Part shown: in pieces, positions 1 through 13,300 of the stretch
Numbering within the stretch: the stretch's first letter is position 1
How the letters are laid out: each line of letters starts with the position of its first letter
NCBI RefSeq assembly: GCF_001194135.2
Contig: NC_068984.1
Coordinates: 81,971,949 to 82,035,948, forward strand
Direction: 5' to 3'
Source of the DNA: Octopus bimaculoides
Lineage: Eukaryota
DNA length: 64,000 bases
The notes under the pieces: model-generated
The model's input: only the letters and a program-made list of their open reading frames with translations
What the model was told of the DNA's origin: nothing
The model's database searches: none
Made by a program: the position numbers and the translations under genes

Positions 1-49
<49 letters not shown>

Positions 50-63
50 CATATATATATATA

Positions 64-430
64 CTAGTTTAATAGCCCATTGTTGCCGAGCAATTTTTAC
101 AATAGAATATCTTATATAATTTTTTGTTTATTCCATGTCAAATAGGCCTCTTTTTTTTTTTTTTGCCTCAAAAAATTATCAGGATTTGTGCAATTTTTTT
201 CAAAAATAAACTTCGTTGAAGATTTTTTTCCTTTTCACATGACTTTATTCATTAAAACTTATGAAATTCTAACTACTTTGGTTGTCATAATGTTTTGTTT
301 TCGTTTGTTTACTAAAATTCCTCCTCGTAATGATTTTGCTTTCATTTTGTGATAGCTATCATACACAGAATGCCGACTTCCAAATCCTGTTTTCTGATTA
401 GGTAAAATGGATTAAACTTTAAACCTCAGT
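64..430 (-). mobile_element. Possible non-autonomous Helitron 3' terminus
   Basis: On the minus strand an imperfect GC hairpin (74-92) precedes CTAG|T at 67-63, next to (TA)n. The inner boundary is approximate. Confidence 0.4.
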
Positions 431-605
431 TACATTTTTCTGCAACTTTTCTGAAACAAATAAATAATGAAATCAAATTTAACATAGAAAATTATTTCAA
501 TACACCAAATTTTAAAATTTTGATGTAATTTTAAAATTTCACAATATGCAACAGCAACAGGAAAAAACCTACAAAAGCAGAAAGACAGACAGTTATAGGA
601 TATCA

Positions 606-638
<33 letters not shown>

Positions 639-2003
639 TGAAGCATACACACACAAACACACACATTTACAAATGTACACACTGATAATCATGAGTTTAA
701 AATGGTGTATAGTAGACATATGTATGTACATATTGTATGTATGTGTGTGTGTGTGAGTGTTTCTTTGCAATGGACAGCAGAAAAATCACCTACCCCCTTT
801 CTCCTTAAAGCTACATATTCTCACACTCACCTTTCTTCCCTTTCCTCAGCATTTTAAAAGTTATTTATGTGTGTGTGTGTGTATGTATGTAGCATGTATT
901 TACAAAAGTATATACACAACACTTCTCCCCTTCCCTGATATCAGTCGCACTCACTATGCCACTACATTTCCCTTGCACTAACACTCTTTGAACCCTTCTC
1001 ATTTTATCATATAATAGTCCAACCCCTCCCAGGGGACCCATTATAGATTTTTATTAAAATACAATTAGCCTATAATTGAAGCAGATGTTAGTTTAACATG
1101 TATGCAAAGTTTTGTGAAGATTGGTTCACTGGTAAAGGCAGTAAGATGGTAACAGACAGAAAGACAGAAATTGCCATATATATGTATATGCACACACACA
1201 CACACACATTCACATGTCCACACACATAATACCTACACCCTTGGCTACACCAACACACCCACATACCCCTCTCTCCCTCTCATGCACGCACACATACACA
1301 CATGAATGCACATGTACCTCCACACAAATATTCACATATATGCGACAGTTCTTTCAGTTTCCGAGTAAGAAATCCACTCAAGATTTTGGTCACCGTGAGG
1401 CTATAGTAAGCATATATATATATATATATATGCTTTCGGTGCGAATGGGTTTATTATNNNNNNNNNNNNNNNNNNNNNNNNNNNNNNNNNNNNNNNNNNN
1501 NNNNNNNNNNNNNNNNNNNNNNNNNNNNNNNNNNNNNNNNNNNNNNNNNNNNNNNNNNNNNNNNNNNNNNNNNNNNNNNNNNNNNNNNNNNNNNNNNNNN
1601 NNNNNNNNNNNNNNNNNNNNNNNNNNNNNNNNNNNNNNNNNNNNNNNNNNNNNNNNNNNNNNNNNNNNNNNNNNNNNNNNNNNNNNNNNNNNNNNNNNNN
1701 NNNNNNNNNNNNNNNNNNNNNNNNNNNNNNNNNNNNNNNNNNNNNNNNNNNNNNNNNNNNNNNNNNNNNNNNNNNNNNNNNNNNNNNNNNNNNNNNNNNN
1801 NNNNNNNNNNNNNNNNNNNNNNNNNNNNNNNNNNNNNNNNNNNNNNNNNNNNNNNNNNNNNNNNNNNNNNNNNNNNNNNNNNNNNNNNNNNNNNNNNNNN
1901 NNNNNNNNNNNNNNNNNNNNNNNNNNNNNNNNNNNNNNNNNNNNNNNNNNNNACACACACACACACACACACACTCACAAACCGAGCTATACTATAGCTA
2001 TAG

Positions 2004-2050
<47 letters not shown>

Positions 2051-2060
2051 CATATATATA

Positions 2061-2437
2061 TGGCGCAGGAGTGGCTGTGTGGTAAGTAGCTTGCTTACCA
2101 ACCACATGGTCCCAGGTTCAGTCCCACTGCGTGGCACCTTGGGTGTCTTCTACTATAGCCTCGGGCCGACCAAAGCCTTGTGAGTGGATTTGGTAGACGG
2201 AAACTGAAAGAAGCCCGTCGTATATATGTATATATATATGTGTGTGTGTTTGTGTTTGTCCCCCTAGCATTGCTTGTGTGTTTGTATCCCCGTCACTTAG
2301 CGGTTCGGCAAAAGAGACTGATAGAATAAGTACTAAGCTTACAAAGAATAAGTCCCAGGATCGATTTGCTCAACTAAAGGTGGTGCTCCAGCATGGCCGC
2401 AGTCAAATGACTGAAACAAGTAAAAGAGTAAAGAGTA
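2061..2437 (+). mobile_element. tRNA-derived SINE family A (head, central microsatellite, body)
   Basis: A-box-like TGGCTGTGTGG, B-box-like GGTTCAGTCCC; related copies recur across the window. Confidence 0.85.
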
Positions 2438-4727
2438 ATATATATATATATATATATATATAAATTTAAAACTTACTTGCAAATGGACGCTTAGTCTTCA
2501 GTTATAATTCTACATATTTACATCCAGGAAACATTTCAGTAGTGTTTTTCATAGGGGAAGAGAAGGGTCCCCCTAGTATGTTGTGAGAATTGAAAGGGAG
2601 AGGGAGCAGAAAAATCACCATGTTTTTAAAAAAATTTAGATCATCTGACATATTTAAAACTTACTGTTAATAAAAGCCAGAGTGTGTTTCAGTCATAAGT
2701 GTTCCAGTTATTTGATCACCAGAATGGTCTGTTTATTAGAATTTTAATTTAAATGTGACTGAGTATTCCACAGATCTATGTATTCTTAATGTAATTCTCA
2801 GAAAATCAGTATGACAGTGTGTGACATGGCTGACTCTTTAAATTATTGGTACTATCCATTCAAAAGGCTTCCAAACAGTTTCTGACCCTTATTTCACTTA
2901 CAAGGTTTAGATAAATATTGCCACAAACTGGGCTCAAACCCTGAACCTCGTGATTTTAAAGCAAACTTTTTAACCATTCAGCCACCTTGTGTTCAAGTCC
3001 TCTTCTATCTATCTTTAGGCACTATTATTAACAACATTATTAACAACTAGCTCCATTATTAAATTAAAGTTGTTTAAGTTCCTTTTAAAAACTTATATAT
3101 CATCATCATCATCATTTAACATCCCCTTTTCTGTGGTCCCATTTTTTCAAACAAGCATAGGGTCTATTTAGCCATAAGGTAAGGGTGCTAGTTCACATAA
3201 CATCAGAGTATCCCCACATACAGGTGAGCTTCTGTGGTACATGACTAAGGGCCAACCCTCCTCTAAGTTTTGCATGCTTTAGTCATAGGACCTATTTGAC
3301 CTGTAACTAGGTCTTGCTATTTGACCCGTAAATAGGGCCCTTGACAGAATGGATCTGGAAGGAATGGGTACTAAGGAACAACTCTATACTCACCGCATAC
3401 TACTTCAGGAAATAAGGAGAATTCTAAGCTTTGATGATGAAGTTCTGAAAGATTTGGAATATATCTGGTGTTGTTTTGCATCCTTGCCCCAATAATTAAA
3501 ATGATATTAGTAAATGATTAATGTTTTTCTTTCTTCATTGCATAAATATTTTCTTTTAACTTTTTATGTTCCTACATTGAGTACATTAACACAATTCTTT
3601 TTAATTTGTAATAATTCACTCACTACTGTTTTTATTATTTGATTCATTAGCACATGTACACACACACGTGCACACAAACGCATGCACGCACACACACACA
3701 CACACACACACACAACCACAACAGGCTTCTTTTTGTTTCCACCTGCCAAATCCCTTCACAAGCCTTTTGTCAGCACAGCTCTATAACAGATAACACTTGT
3801 CAAAAGTGCCATGTAGTGGGACTGAACCTAAAAACTATGTGGTTAGGAAGTGGACTTCAATCACATTCAAAGTGCCAAAAGTTTTATATTCAAAGTATTA
3901 GATTCATGAGGATTTTTGAGTAAAGCTTTCTCTTAAGGAAATATTGACTAAGCCAACACTTGCTTTGAGCAAAGTACACACATTGGTCATTTGTTTTTCA
4001 GTCTTAAGTTGTGTATCACATTGAATGCAAACTGTGACAAATTCTATATGAATTCAAGGAATATATATTCTAGATGTCATTGATATTAAGTTCGCTAAAT
4101 CATATAACCATAGATCATAATGAGAAACTAATTTTTCTGCTTCCTGTTTTGGAATATTGTGCCAATAACTACACAATGTCACCAGAGACAGTAGTGTACA
4201 CGTTACTGTCAACTGGAAGTAAGGGACAGTTATGATGTCACAATAAGGAGACACACACACAGACACATATATACATATATACTGTGTACTTCTTTTAACT
4301 TCATTTTATTCCCTCCATCATCAGCATCATCATCATTTAACATCCTCCCCAATAACATACCTCTTCATACAAAACTGCATATCATGTGAGACAAAGAGGA
4401 AACCTTTATATGATTACTTGACCTGCTAGCAATTGTGCTCTTGATAAAAATGAAGGACATATTGGATAATGTGATCTGAAAAATTAGGATAGACATGGAA
4501 TATATTTAATCATAGGTCTATCTGATTAGGGCTGGAATAGGCCTAAACAACAATAATAATAACAACAACAAAATGCATGTCTTTCATTTGGAAAAATTGA
4601 AGAATTTTGTTTTTAACTGTGAATCTTTGACTATAATAAATTTTTATTTTCTTTTGCTTTGATGTTTCAGACAGTCGCACTATAATGCAATATGTCTTTG
4701 CTACAAATAGATATTTGATGTTCCAAA

Positions 4728-4826
4728 ATGGATGAAAGAAAGCTAAAACTAACAAATAGTTTCATTGAAATGATGTTACTAGTTGGTGCGGATGATACCA
4801 CTGGTTTGTGTCCATTTAACACTCAG
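4728..4826 (+). CDS. DENND3: Coding exon 1 (MDERKLKLTNSFIEMMLLVGADDTTGLCPFNTQ)
   Basis: Acceptor tttcag at 4670, ATG at 4728, donor gtatga at 4827, phase 0. A non-coding exon is implied upstream but was not located. Confidence 0.75.
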
Positions 4827-7800
4827 GTATGATTTTATTCACATATAAAAATTTTCTTTTAATCTTTTACTTACCATGTTTCTGTTAACAAACTTGCTTC
4901 AGTATTTTGACTGCAGCCTTACTGGGGCCCCACATTGAAAGATTTTTACGTAAACTAATTGATTCCAGTACTTATTGTTTTTTTTTTTAAAGTTTAGAAC
5001 TTACTCTATCTTCTTCTGCTAACTGCTAGATTACAGGGATGTAAACAAAACAACATCAGTGATTAAGTGGTGGTGCAGGGACAAATACAGACACAAAGAT
5101 ACACTCATAAACATGTATATGTGTATATGTATATTCATAAACATGTAACATGTATATTCATAAACATGTATATGAATGCCAGTGTTCTGAGAGAGAAGTT
5201 AGGCATAAGAGGAAATTGTTGCGGTGTGTCCAAGAGAAGAGACTGCACTGGTTTGGTCATGTGATGCTGATGGATGCTGACAGCTATATAAAGAAGTGCT
5301 GATCTCTCAAAGTGGATGGAACACATGGAAGTGGGAGATCTAGGAAGATATGGGATGAAGTACTGAAGAACAACCTTAGCAAGCTAAACTTTTCAGGTGA
5401 GATGACAAAGGACTGAGACACCTGGCACCTAGCTGTACTCAAGGAGACCCGTACCCCGCAGCAGAAGTGGTGAGACCGATGCTTCTGGTTGTGCAAAGAA
5501 CCTTTCGTGGTGCCACATAAAAGCGCCTGTGCAATACCACATGAAAATGCTTGTGTGGCAATATATAATAGTGCCTGTGTGGCGTCACATAAAAGCATCT
5601 GTGTAGTGTCATGTAAAAGCATCCAGCACACTTTATGAAGTGGTTGGCATTGGGAAGGGCATCCAGCCATAGAAACCATGCCAAATCAGACTGGAATCTG
5701 GTGCAGCCACCCTCACCGGCTTGCCAGCTCTAGTCAGACTGTTCAACCCATGCTAGCATGGACAACAGATGTTAAAAATATAAAGTGTGTGTGTGTATGT
5801 GTGTGTGCGTGTAGTAAGATAGATAGATGGATAGACAGACAGACAGATATCCTATCTATCTGTCATCATCATCTTCATCATCATCATCATCATCATCTTT
5901 TAATGTCCATTTTCCATGCTGGACAGTTTGACAAGAACAGGCAAATCAAAGGACTACACCAAGCTCTGCCATCTTTTTTTTTTGCATGGTTTCTACAGAT
6001 GGATGCCCTTCCAAATGCCAGCCACTTTACAAAGTGTTATTTCTTTACTACCCACAAGGGGCTACACACATAGGGGATAAACAAAGACAGACAAACGGAT
6101 TAAGTCGATTATATCGACCCCAGTGCGTAACTGGTACTTATTTAATCGACCCCGAAAGGAAGAAAGGCAAAGTCGACCTCGGCGGAATTTGAACTCAGAA
6201 CGTAGTGGCAGACGAAATACCGCCAAGCATTTCGCCCGGCGTGCTAACGTTTCTGCCAGCTCGCCACTTTACAAAGTGTACTGTGTGCATCAGCAGCAGT
6301 GAAGTCACCATATAACTTGCAGAATAAGATCCCTCAACTGGGGATGGGTAGTGTTGAGGGACAGAAAGGTGTTTTGCATTTGAAAAAATACATAGCTACC
6401 TCAGATGACGAAGAGAGAGAGGAGACAGAGAGGGGGCAGGGGTCATATACCCAAGTCACAGGGGGGTGTATGTAATGAAATGGACCATGGATTGGAGAGG
6501 GTAGGTAAGTGGGTAAATTCACAAGATTTTGAAAGAAGAGTGGAAGCTAGAGGTGGAGGGGAAGGGATTTAACAGGGACATTTTGTGTGCTGGTAGGTAG
6601 ACACATGAGGGAGAATGGGGGTGGGGTAGGGGTTGAAAAACATCAATGATGAGCATCGATGGGTTGTGGGAGAAGGAGGAGGTGTCATAGACATGAATTT
6701 TACTTTGCTGGGAGGGTTTCAGTCCTTCCTCATCTCCTCTGATGAGTCCCAATATCTGAAGATTGTTTCTTACTACCTCATCCCTCATTTTCTTGGTTCT
6801 TCTTCCCTCAGGTTCCCTCCACATTTAGAGATCAACACTTCTTTATGCAGCTGTCTTCATCCTCACACACCTATAAATATATACAGGCATGGAAGATAGA
6901 CATTAAATGATGATGATGATTATATATATATATATATAAATATATATGTATGTATAATCTTATTTCAATCATTAGACTGCAGCCATGTTGGGATACCACC
7001 TTGCTGGGGTACTGCATTGGCCTTATCTTTTTAAACTTGGTACTTATTCTAACAGTCCTTTTACAGAATTACTAAGTTGTGGGAGAATAGAGAAGCTTAC
7101 ACTGACTGTCAAGCATATACATAGATATACAAGCTTTTTTCAGTTTCCATCTACCAAATCCACTCTTAAGGCTTTGGCTGGCCCAGAGCTATAGTAGAAG
7201 ACACTTACCCAAGGAACTGAACCCAGAACCATGTGACTGGGAAACAAACTTCTTACCTCACAACTATGCCTGCACCAAAAACAGTTGCCAGAACCGGAAT
7301 TGGAATCCATACCTGCATTCATGGACCAGATAATTCATTGTTCTGTTTAAAGAATTACACCTGGAATCTGGTGCCTTACACCACTTGACGGTTATGACAG
7401 CTATCTTTTATCTTGTTTCAATCATTAGTCTGCTGCCATACTGGGGCACCACCTTGAAGAATTTTAGTCAAACAAATTGACCTCAGTACTTAACTTTTCT
7501 TTTTCTTAAAAACCTGGTATAGCAAAAACATAAAAGATTTGTTATTATTCCTTTCTTTAGATTACAATCCTATAAATTTTTCTATTTCAGGTTTATCCAC
7601 AAAAAGGTATCACCAGTTTACATATGTTCTCTGTGACATACGAACCAAAGCTTCTCAGTTATTTTTCATCCAATGTTGTTACACATTTTTATCCATGCCT
7701 GGTGGAAGAAATTCTCACAGATACTACAGTATCAGATCCAAAACTACAACAAATATTCCCCAAAGACTACAGCCAATCAAATATAGAGAGAAGATCTGTA

Positions 7801-9184
7801 GATAATGAACAAAATTCTGAAAATGCCAGTCAAAGTAGTTTGCTTGCTGATATTGAAAACATTGCTCACTTTTGCTTTCCAGGTAAGTAGAAATCACCCT
7901 GGTTTGGAACATTCCTCACATTTGCTGTTGTTGTGTGGGTGGAAGCATTTTGATTGGGTGCCAGCAAGGTTGTGTTTAAGAATTCCCTTTCCCAACCACC
8001 TGGTTCAGAGTTTGATTTCACTGCATGACATTTTGGGCTGGTGTCATTTACCATAGTTTGAGCTTGATCAATGCCTTGTAAGTAGAATTTGGTAGATAGA
8101 AACTGTGTGGAAGTCCATCACACACATGCATATATTAAAGTGTGTGTATGTGTGCATGCATCTTTTGTTGGTGCATAGCTCTGTAGATGCAAAATCAATA
8201 GATTAATGCATTTAAACAAAAATAGCTTGTGGTGTGTTTCATCCTAGACACATAGACACTCCTTTGTCAGTCTTACTATTATAAATGCAGTGAACCATGC
8301 ATTTGCCAGTTTTAACCTAGAGTGATCAAAATACAGTATAAAAGGAAAATAAAATATAAAATTAATGCTTGGAATATTAATAGAAGTTCAAGCCAGATTG
8401 AATGACTATACAGTGAGAGAAATATGTTAGTCTATCACTCCTGTTACTTTTTTTTATTCATTTTTACAACAAATAGAGACAGACAAGTCTTGGTAGGATT
8501 TAGCTTTATTTGTCATCAAGACCACAAGTGTTACACTGGACTAATTTTTCTGGCTCTAAAGGAAAAGGCCAGTCCTTGGAAAGCCATTTTTACTATGTTA
8601 TGAATGTAAGATTGTCAGGCAAGGCCATCAGTGATGATGGGCTCTAGAATTTGTTGAGACTTCAAGAGTTTTAGTTTTCTGTCTTAACTCTTTTGCTGCA
8701 GAAATCAGATATAATCACTCAAAATTTCATTACCCTTAACTGCGGAAAGTAGTTTTATATATCGTTCTATCATTTGTTAAAGGAATGTCATGCTTGAAAC
8801 TACTTCAAGTTTATTGAAACAATGTGACAGGCAGAAAATACCACTTCTATTTTGTTGACAGTGTCGTGGATCCTGTTTGACTCTTGTTAAATAAGTGCCA
8901 AGAATTGTATAGTTCACTGCTGTACATAGCATCAGCATTGTAAAAGTGTTGATGTGTATTTTGTTACAGTGAAATGCCATGTTCAAATCAACCTGTTGAC
9001 CTAGAGAAAGTTATGAGGTAATCCTTGTATTATATTTCTTCTTTGATTTTAAAAACAGGCTCTTCAAAGTTGCCTCTACCCTGAATCACTCAATAGGAGT
9101 TCAAGACTAGCCACCATATCATTGCTATTTTATTATATTAATTACAAATTTATTTTTAGGTGCATATAGGCGTATATCTGCAGA

Positions 9185-9218
<34 letters not shown>

Positions 9219-12200
9219 TACACCTGTGCATCCAACTTTCTTCTGCATGTGTCTCTACATGTTCGTGTGTATGTGTGTGTGTTTAGTTATAAGGCACAAA
9301 TAAAAGTTGCTGTTACTTCAAGATACAATCGGCAATAGTTCTTCCAAGTGTTGAGTCACAAGAACCAGCAAAACTTAACAGTTGCATCCACATGTGCCCT
9401 TTACCTAAGTATTGGCCAGAAAGAACTACTACCCTACGATCATTCACAAACACATATCTGACTTTCACAACATACCTGAAAGAAAAGGGCTGTTCTGAAC
9501 CTGTCACTTCTTGAAGTGATATCAGCTTCTTGGTGAACTCAACAGCTAGCTCTCTCAGAATCCCCAGGTAAAGCTTAATCACCATTTCCGTGGCCCCTTT
9601 CGTATGGATCCTTTTCTGGTGATCACTGATGCTGTCCACCCCAGCACCATGGTAGAATTTGTCTGAATCTCAACAGTTTGAAATCCCCATCTCAGCACTA
9701 GGTTCATGCCCTTTAACATAGCATCCAGTTCAGCTACATTGATGTAGTTGTAATCATCCTTTTTCCTGAGCCACGCTACATCTCCTACCTCAACACCTAA
9801 AAAGAGTAAAGGTTATCTTCTCGAAACATGCCAGCTCATAAGGGCCAGTTTCCCAGTTTCCATGGCTTATAGATTCCCCACCTGGATGGGATACCAGTCT
9901 CTTGCCAGATTACTCATTTTTGCCAGCTGAGTGGATTGGAGCAACATGAAATGAAGTGTTTTGCTCAAGAAAACAACACGTTGCCTGGTCCAGGAATCGA
10001 AACCACAATCTTATGATCATGACTCCAACACCCTAACCACTAAGTTATGTGCCTCCACCTACCAACACCTCAACACCTCCTATTTTCAGAACAACTCCCA
10101 ATGCTATACTACTCACAATGTATCTGCATATTTTTATGTGATTGTGTTGCTATGTGTGTGTATATATTTTTTCTTGACATTCTTTCCTCATTTTATATTT
10201 AAGATGGATCAAAAGTATACAAGAAAAAACCAAAAGAAAACACGGTCCATTATTTGGTTTTAACCAATTACACTGGTGAAAGATCATATGCAACATGCTT
10301 AACATTCTTTCGAGAGTATCAAGCTGTTTTGGTAAGTAAACTTTGTCTAAGTCTGTAAGAATTTCTCCTCATCCTGCTTATATCAGTCATATCTTTATAT
10401 CCTGGTTTTATTCTCAACTAATTTAGAAGTCATTCAACTTTAAGGGAAACTCTCACAAGTAATTGTCATAACAGAATTGCTAGGGTGTTGGACAAAATGT
10501 CCTGTAGTATTTATTCCATCTCTTTATGTTCTGAGTTCAAAACTTGACAATGTTAACTTTGCCCTTCAGCTCTCCAGGATTGATAAAAAAAAAAAAGTTA
10601 CCAGCCATGTACTGGCATCAATGGTGCTGACTAATCCCTGCTCCATCAAATTTCCAAACTTGTGTCTAAATCGAAAACCACTACCACCACCATCATCATC
10701 ATCATTGTTGTCATTGTTGTACTTCCTGTTATATATCTTGGAGAACCAGGTGGTCTCCATTTGTAAGGCACATTTTTCTGCATCTCATCTTTTTGATAGA
10801 GCTGCAGTCCTAGATCAAGAAAAGATCAAGATTGGGCATCTGACATCTTGAATGTTGTCAGGTACTCACTGGTCCTTACCTATTTGGCAGTGTAGTCAGT
10901 GGAAGTCGGAGAGCAACAATTGCCCAGACTGCAAGGTGATTGGAATCTTGAGGTGTATGAAAAGAAATCATGACTGCTAACTTAAGTTTTTCTTATGCGC
11001 CCTTTTAAAGCCTAGCCAGGCTCATGGGCTCGGTTTCCCGGTTTCTATGGCGTATGTGTTCCCCCCAGCTGGACGGGACGCCAGTCCATCACAGCGTTAC
11101 TCAAGAAATAGGAAGAAAGAGTGAGAGAAAGTTGGGGCGAAAGAGTACAACAGGGGTCACCTGTCGGAGCCTCGTGGAGCTTAAGGTGTTTTCGCTCAAT
11201 AAACACACACAACACCCGGTCTGAGAATTGAAACCGCGATCCTCCGACGCGTGTCCGCTGCCCTAACCACTGGGCCATTACGTCTCCACTGCTAACTTAA
11301 GTACAAGATTATAAATTCAAGGGGAGAGGTTAGTTGATTAAATTGTCTTGTACTTCATTTTATCAATCCTTGTAGGATGAAAGGCAAAATCTACCTTGTT
11401 AGAATTTGAACTCAAAATGTAAAGAGTTGGAAGAAATGCTGCTAAGCATTTTGTCCTGCGTGCCAATGATTCTACCAATTCAGAGCAATGATGACAACAA
11501 CAATGACGACCCTGAAAGGATGAAAGGTGAAGTTGACCTCAGGAGAATTTGAACACAGAACATAAAGATGGACAAAATACCGCTAAGCATTTTGCCTGGC
11601 CTGAAATTTTGGGGGAGAGGTCTAGTCAATTAGATCCATCATGCTCAACTAGTACTTATTCTAATGGCTCTGAAAAGATGAAAGATGCTGCAGTGGTGAT
11701 GATCATGATGGTCATGATGATGATAACTGTTTCTAGCACAAGGCGTGAGTCCAAAAATTTGGAGGACAAAAATAACCAATTATACTGAATCCAGTACTTA
11801 AATGGTACTTCATTTTATTGATATTAGAAAGATGAAAGACAAAGTTGGTCTTAGTGATATTAAACCTCAGAATGTAATTAGAATTATTAATTAATTTATA
11901 TATTTATAATCAATAATTATATTAATGATAATTTTTTTTCTTTATTAGTCATAAAGATGTGAAGTGATATAGGAAAATACAAAGAAACAGTAAACTAGAA
12001 GTTTACAAGGATATATGGAGTGGGGTAGAGAAGTTATATAAAGATGGATTGAGAAATGAAAGATGTTAGTGCCATTCAAATATTGGAGTTAATGTAATTA
12101 ACTAAGCCCCTTCCACTATATGTCTAACTTATGTTAGAAACAATTACCAGTATTATCATTGTTAAAAGAGTGGAGGATTGATAGAATCAATAGAATGCTG

Positions 12201-13232
12201 TCTTACCATCAGTACACAAATATTGTCATCATCACTGCCGTCACTGTTATCATCATCGTTTTATGTGTGCTTTCTATGTTGACATGGGTAGGACAGTTCA
12301 TCAGGATTCTACACATCAAAGGACCACACCCTCCTTCAATGTCTCATTTCTGACTTGATTTCTACAGTTTGAGGCACTGCCTAATGCCTACTGCTTTACA
12401 GTGTCTACTGGCTGCCAGTGCTTTGTGTTGTATTAGTGCTATTGGTGTCATCTTGTTTCTTGCAAAGCAAAAGAGAGTGCTCCATGATGGAAAAGAACAG
12501 AACTTATTGTGAGAGGATGGCAGTGGAAAGAATAACAAAGGGATTAGTATTGGTTAGTACTGGATAGAAGGAGTAGAAACAGAGGAGAGGAAGAGGGGAA
12601 AAGATAATACAAAGTAAAATAAGTACTTGTCTTTATAAGTATGTCACTTTGTATCAGCCACCAATGTGAAAATATTTTATTAAGTTTCTCAATATGTATA
12701 AGGCATGTAAGACAGCAAGCTGGTTGAACCATTACCATGTTCTTTATGTTCTGTGTTCAAACTCTGCCAAGGTCGACTTTGCCTTTCATCCTTTCAGAGT
12801 TGATAAAATAAGTACCGGTTGAATACTGGGGTTGATGTAATCAACTTACCCCCACCCCCACTCCTGAAATTACTGGCCTTGTGTCACAATTTGAAATCAA
12901 TATAAGACATGCATTTTGTTTACATAGAGTGAAGAAACTACCATTGACTGTTAGGATTCTCTGCTAACTTTTTGATTTATTTAAACCATAGATTCAATCT
13001 AATTATGTTACTTATATTCTATTGTCTATTGTAGAGTACTGATGGCTCAGTATCTCTGGAACAACAACAGCACCAGCAGCAGGAGGACAATTTGGAATCA
13101 GATGTAGGTTCTGTCTTCTCAGAAAGCTCTACTACATCTACCATCACTGTTTACATACCACAATGCTGTACCTTAATCTCCAAACAGCCTTACTTCACTG
13201 TGATGAAAGAATGCTTGTCACTGTTAGTCAAC

Positions 13233-13300
<68 letters not shown>

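Noticed and set aside
2061-2140. tRNA-like heads with A and B boxes (also at 11220-11287, 27610-27682, 28907-28990)
   Set aside because: Each continues into a multi-copy SINE body; no complete cloverleaf.
430-2463. ORFs rich in CV/TH/IY dipeptides or X, here and at 57425-57795 and similar sites
   Set aside because: Translations of (CA)n/(TA)n microsatellites and N gaps; not coding.
3158-3341. Possible MITE with ~12-bp imperfect inverted ends
   Set aside because: TIRs are short with an indel, no TSD, single occurrence.
9160-9230. Candidate phase-1 exon after tttttag
   Set aside because: It runs into a (TG)n tract; the exon at 10204 gives the expected FCFP-DG continuation.
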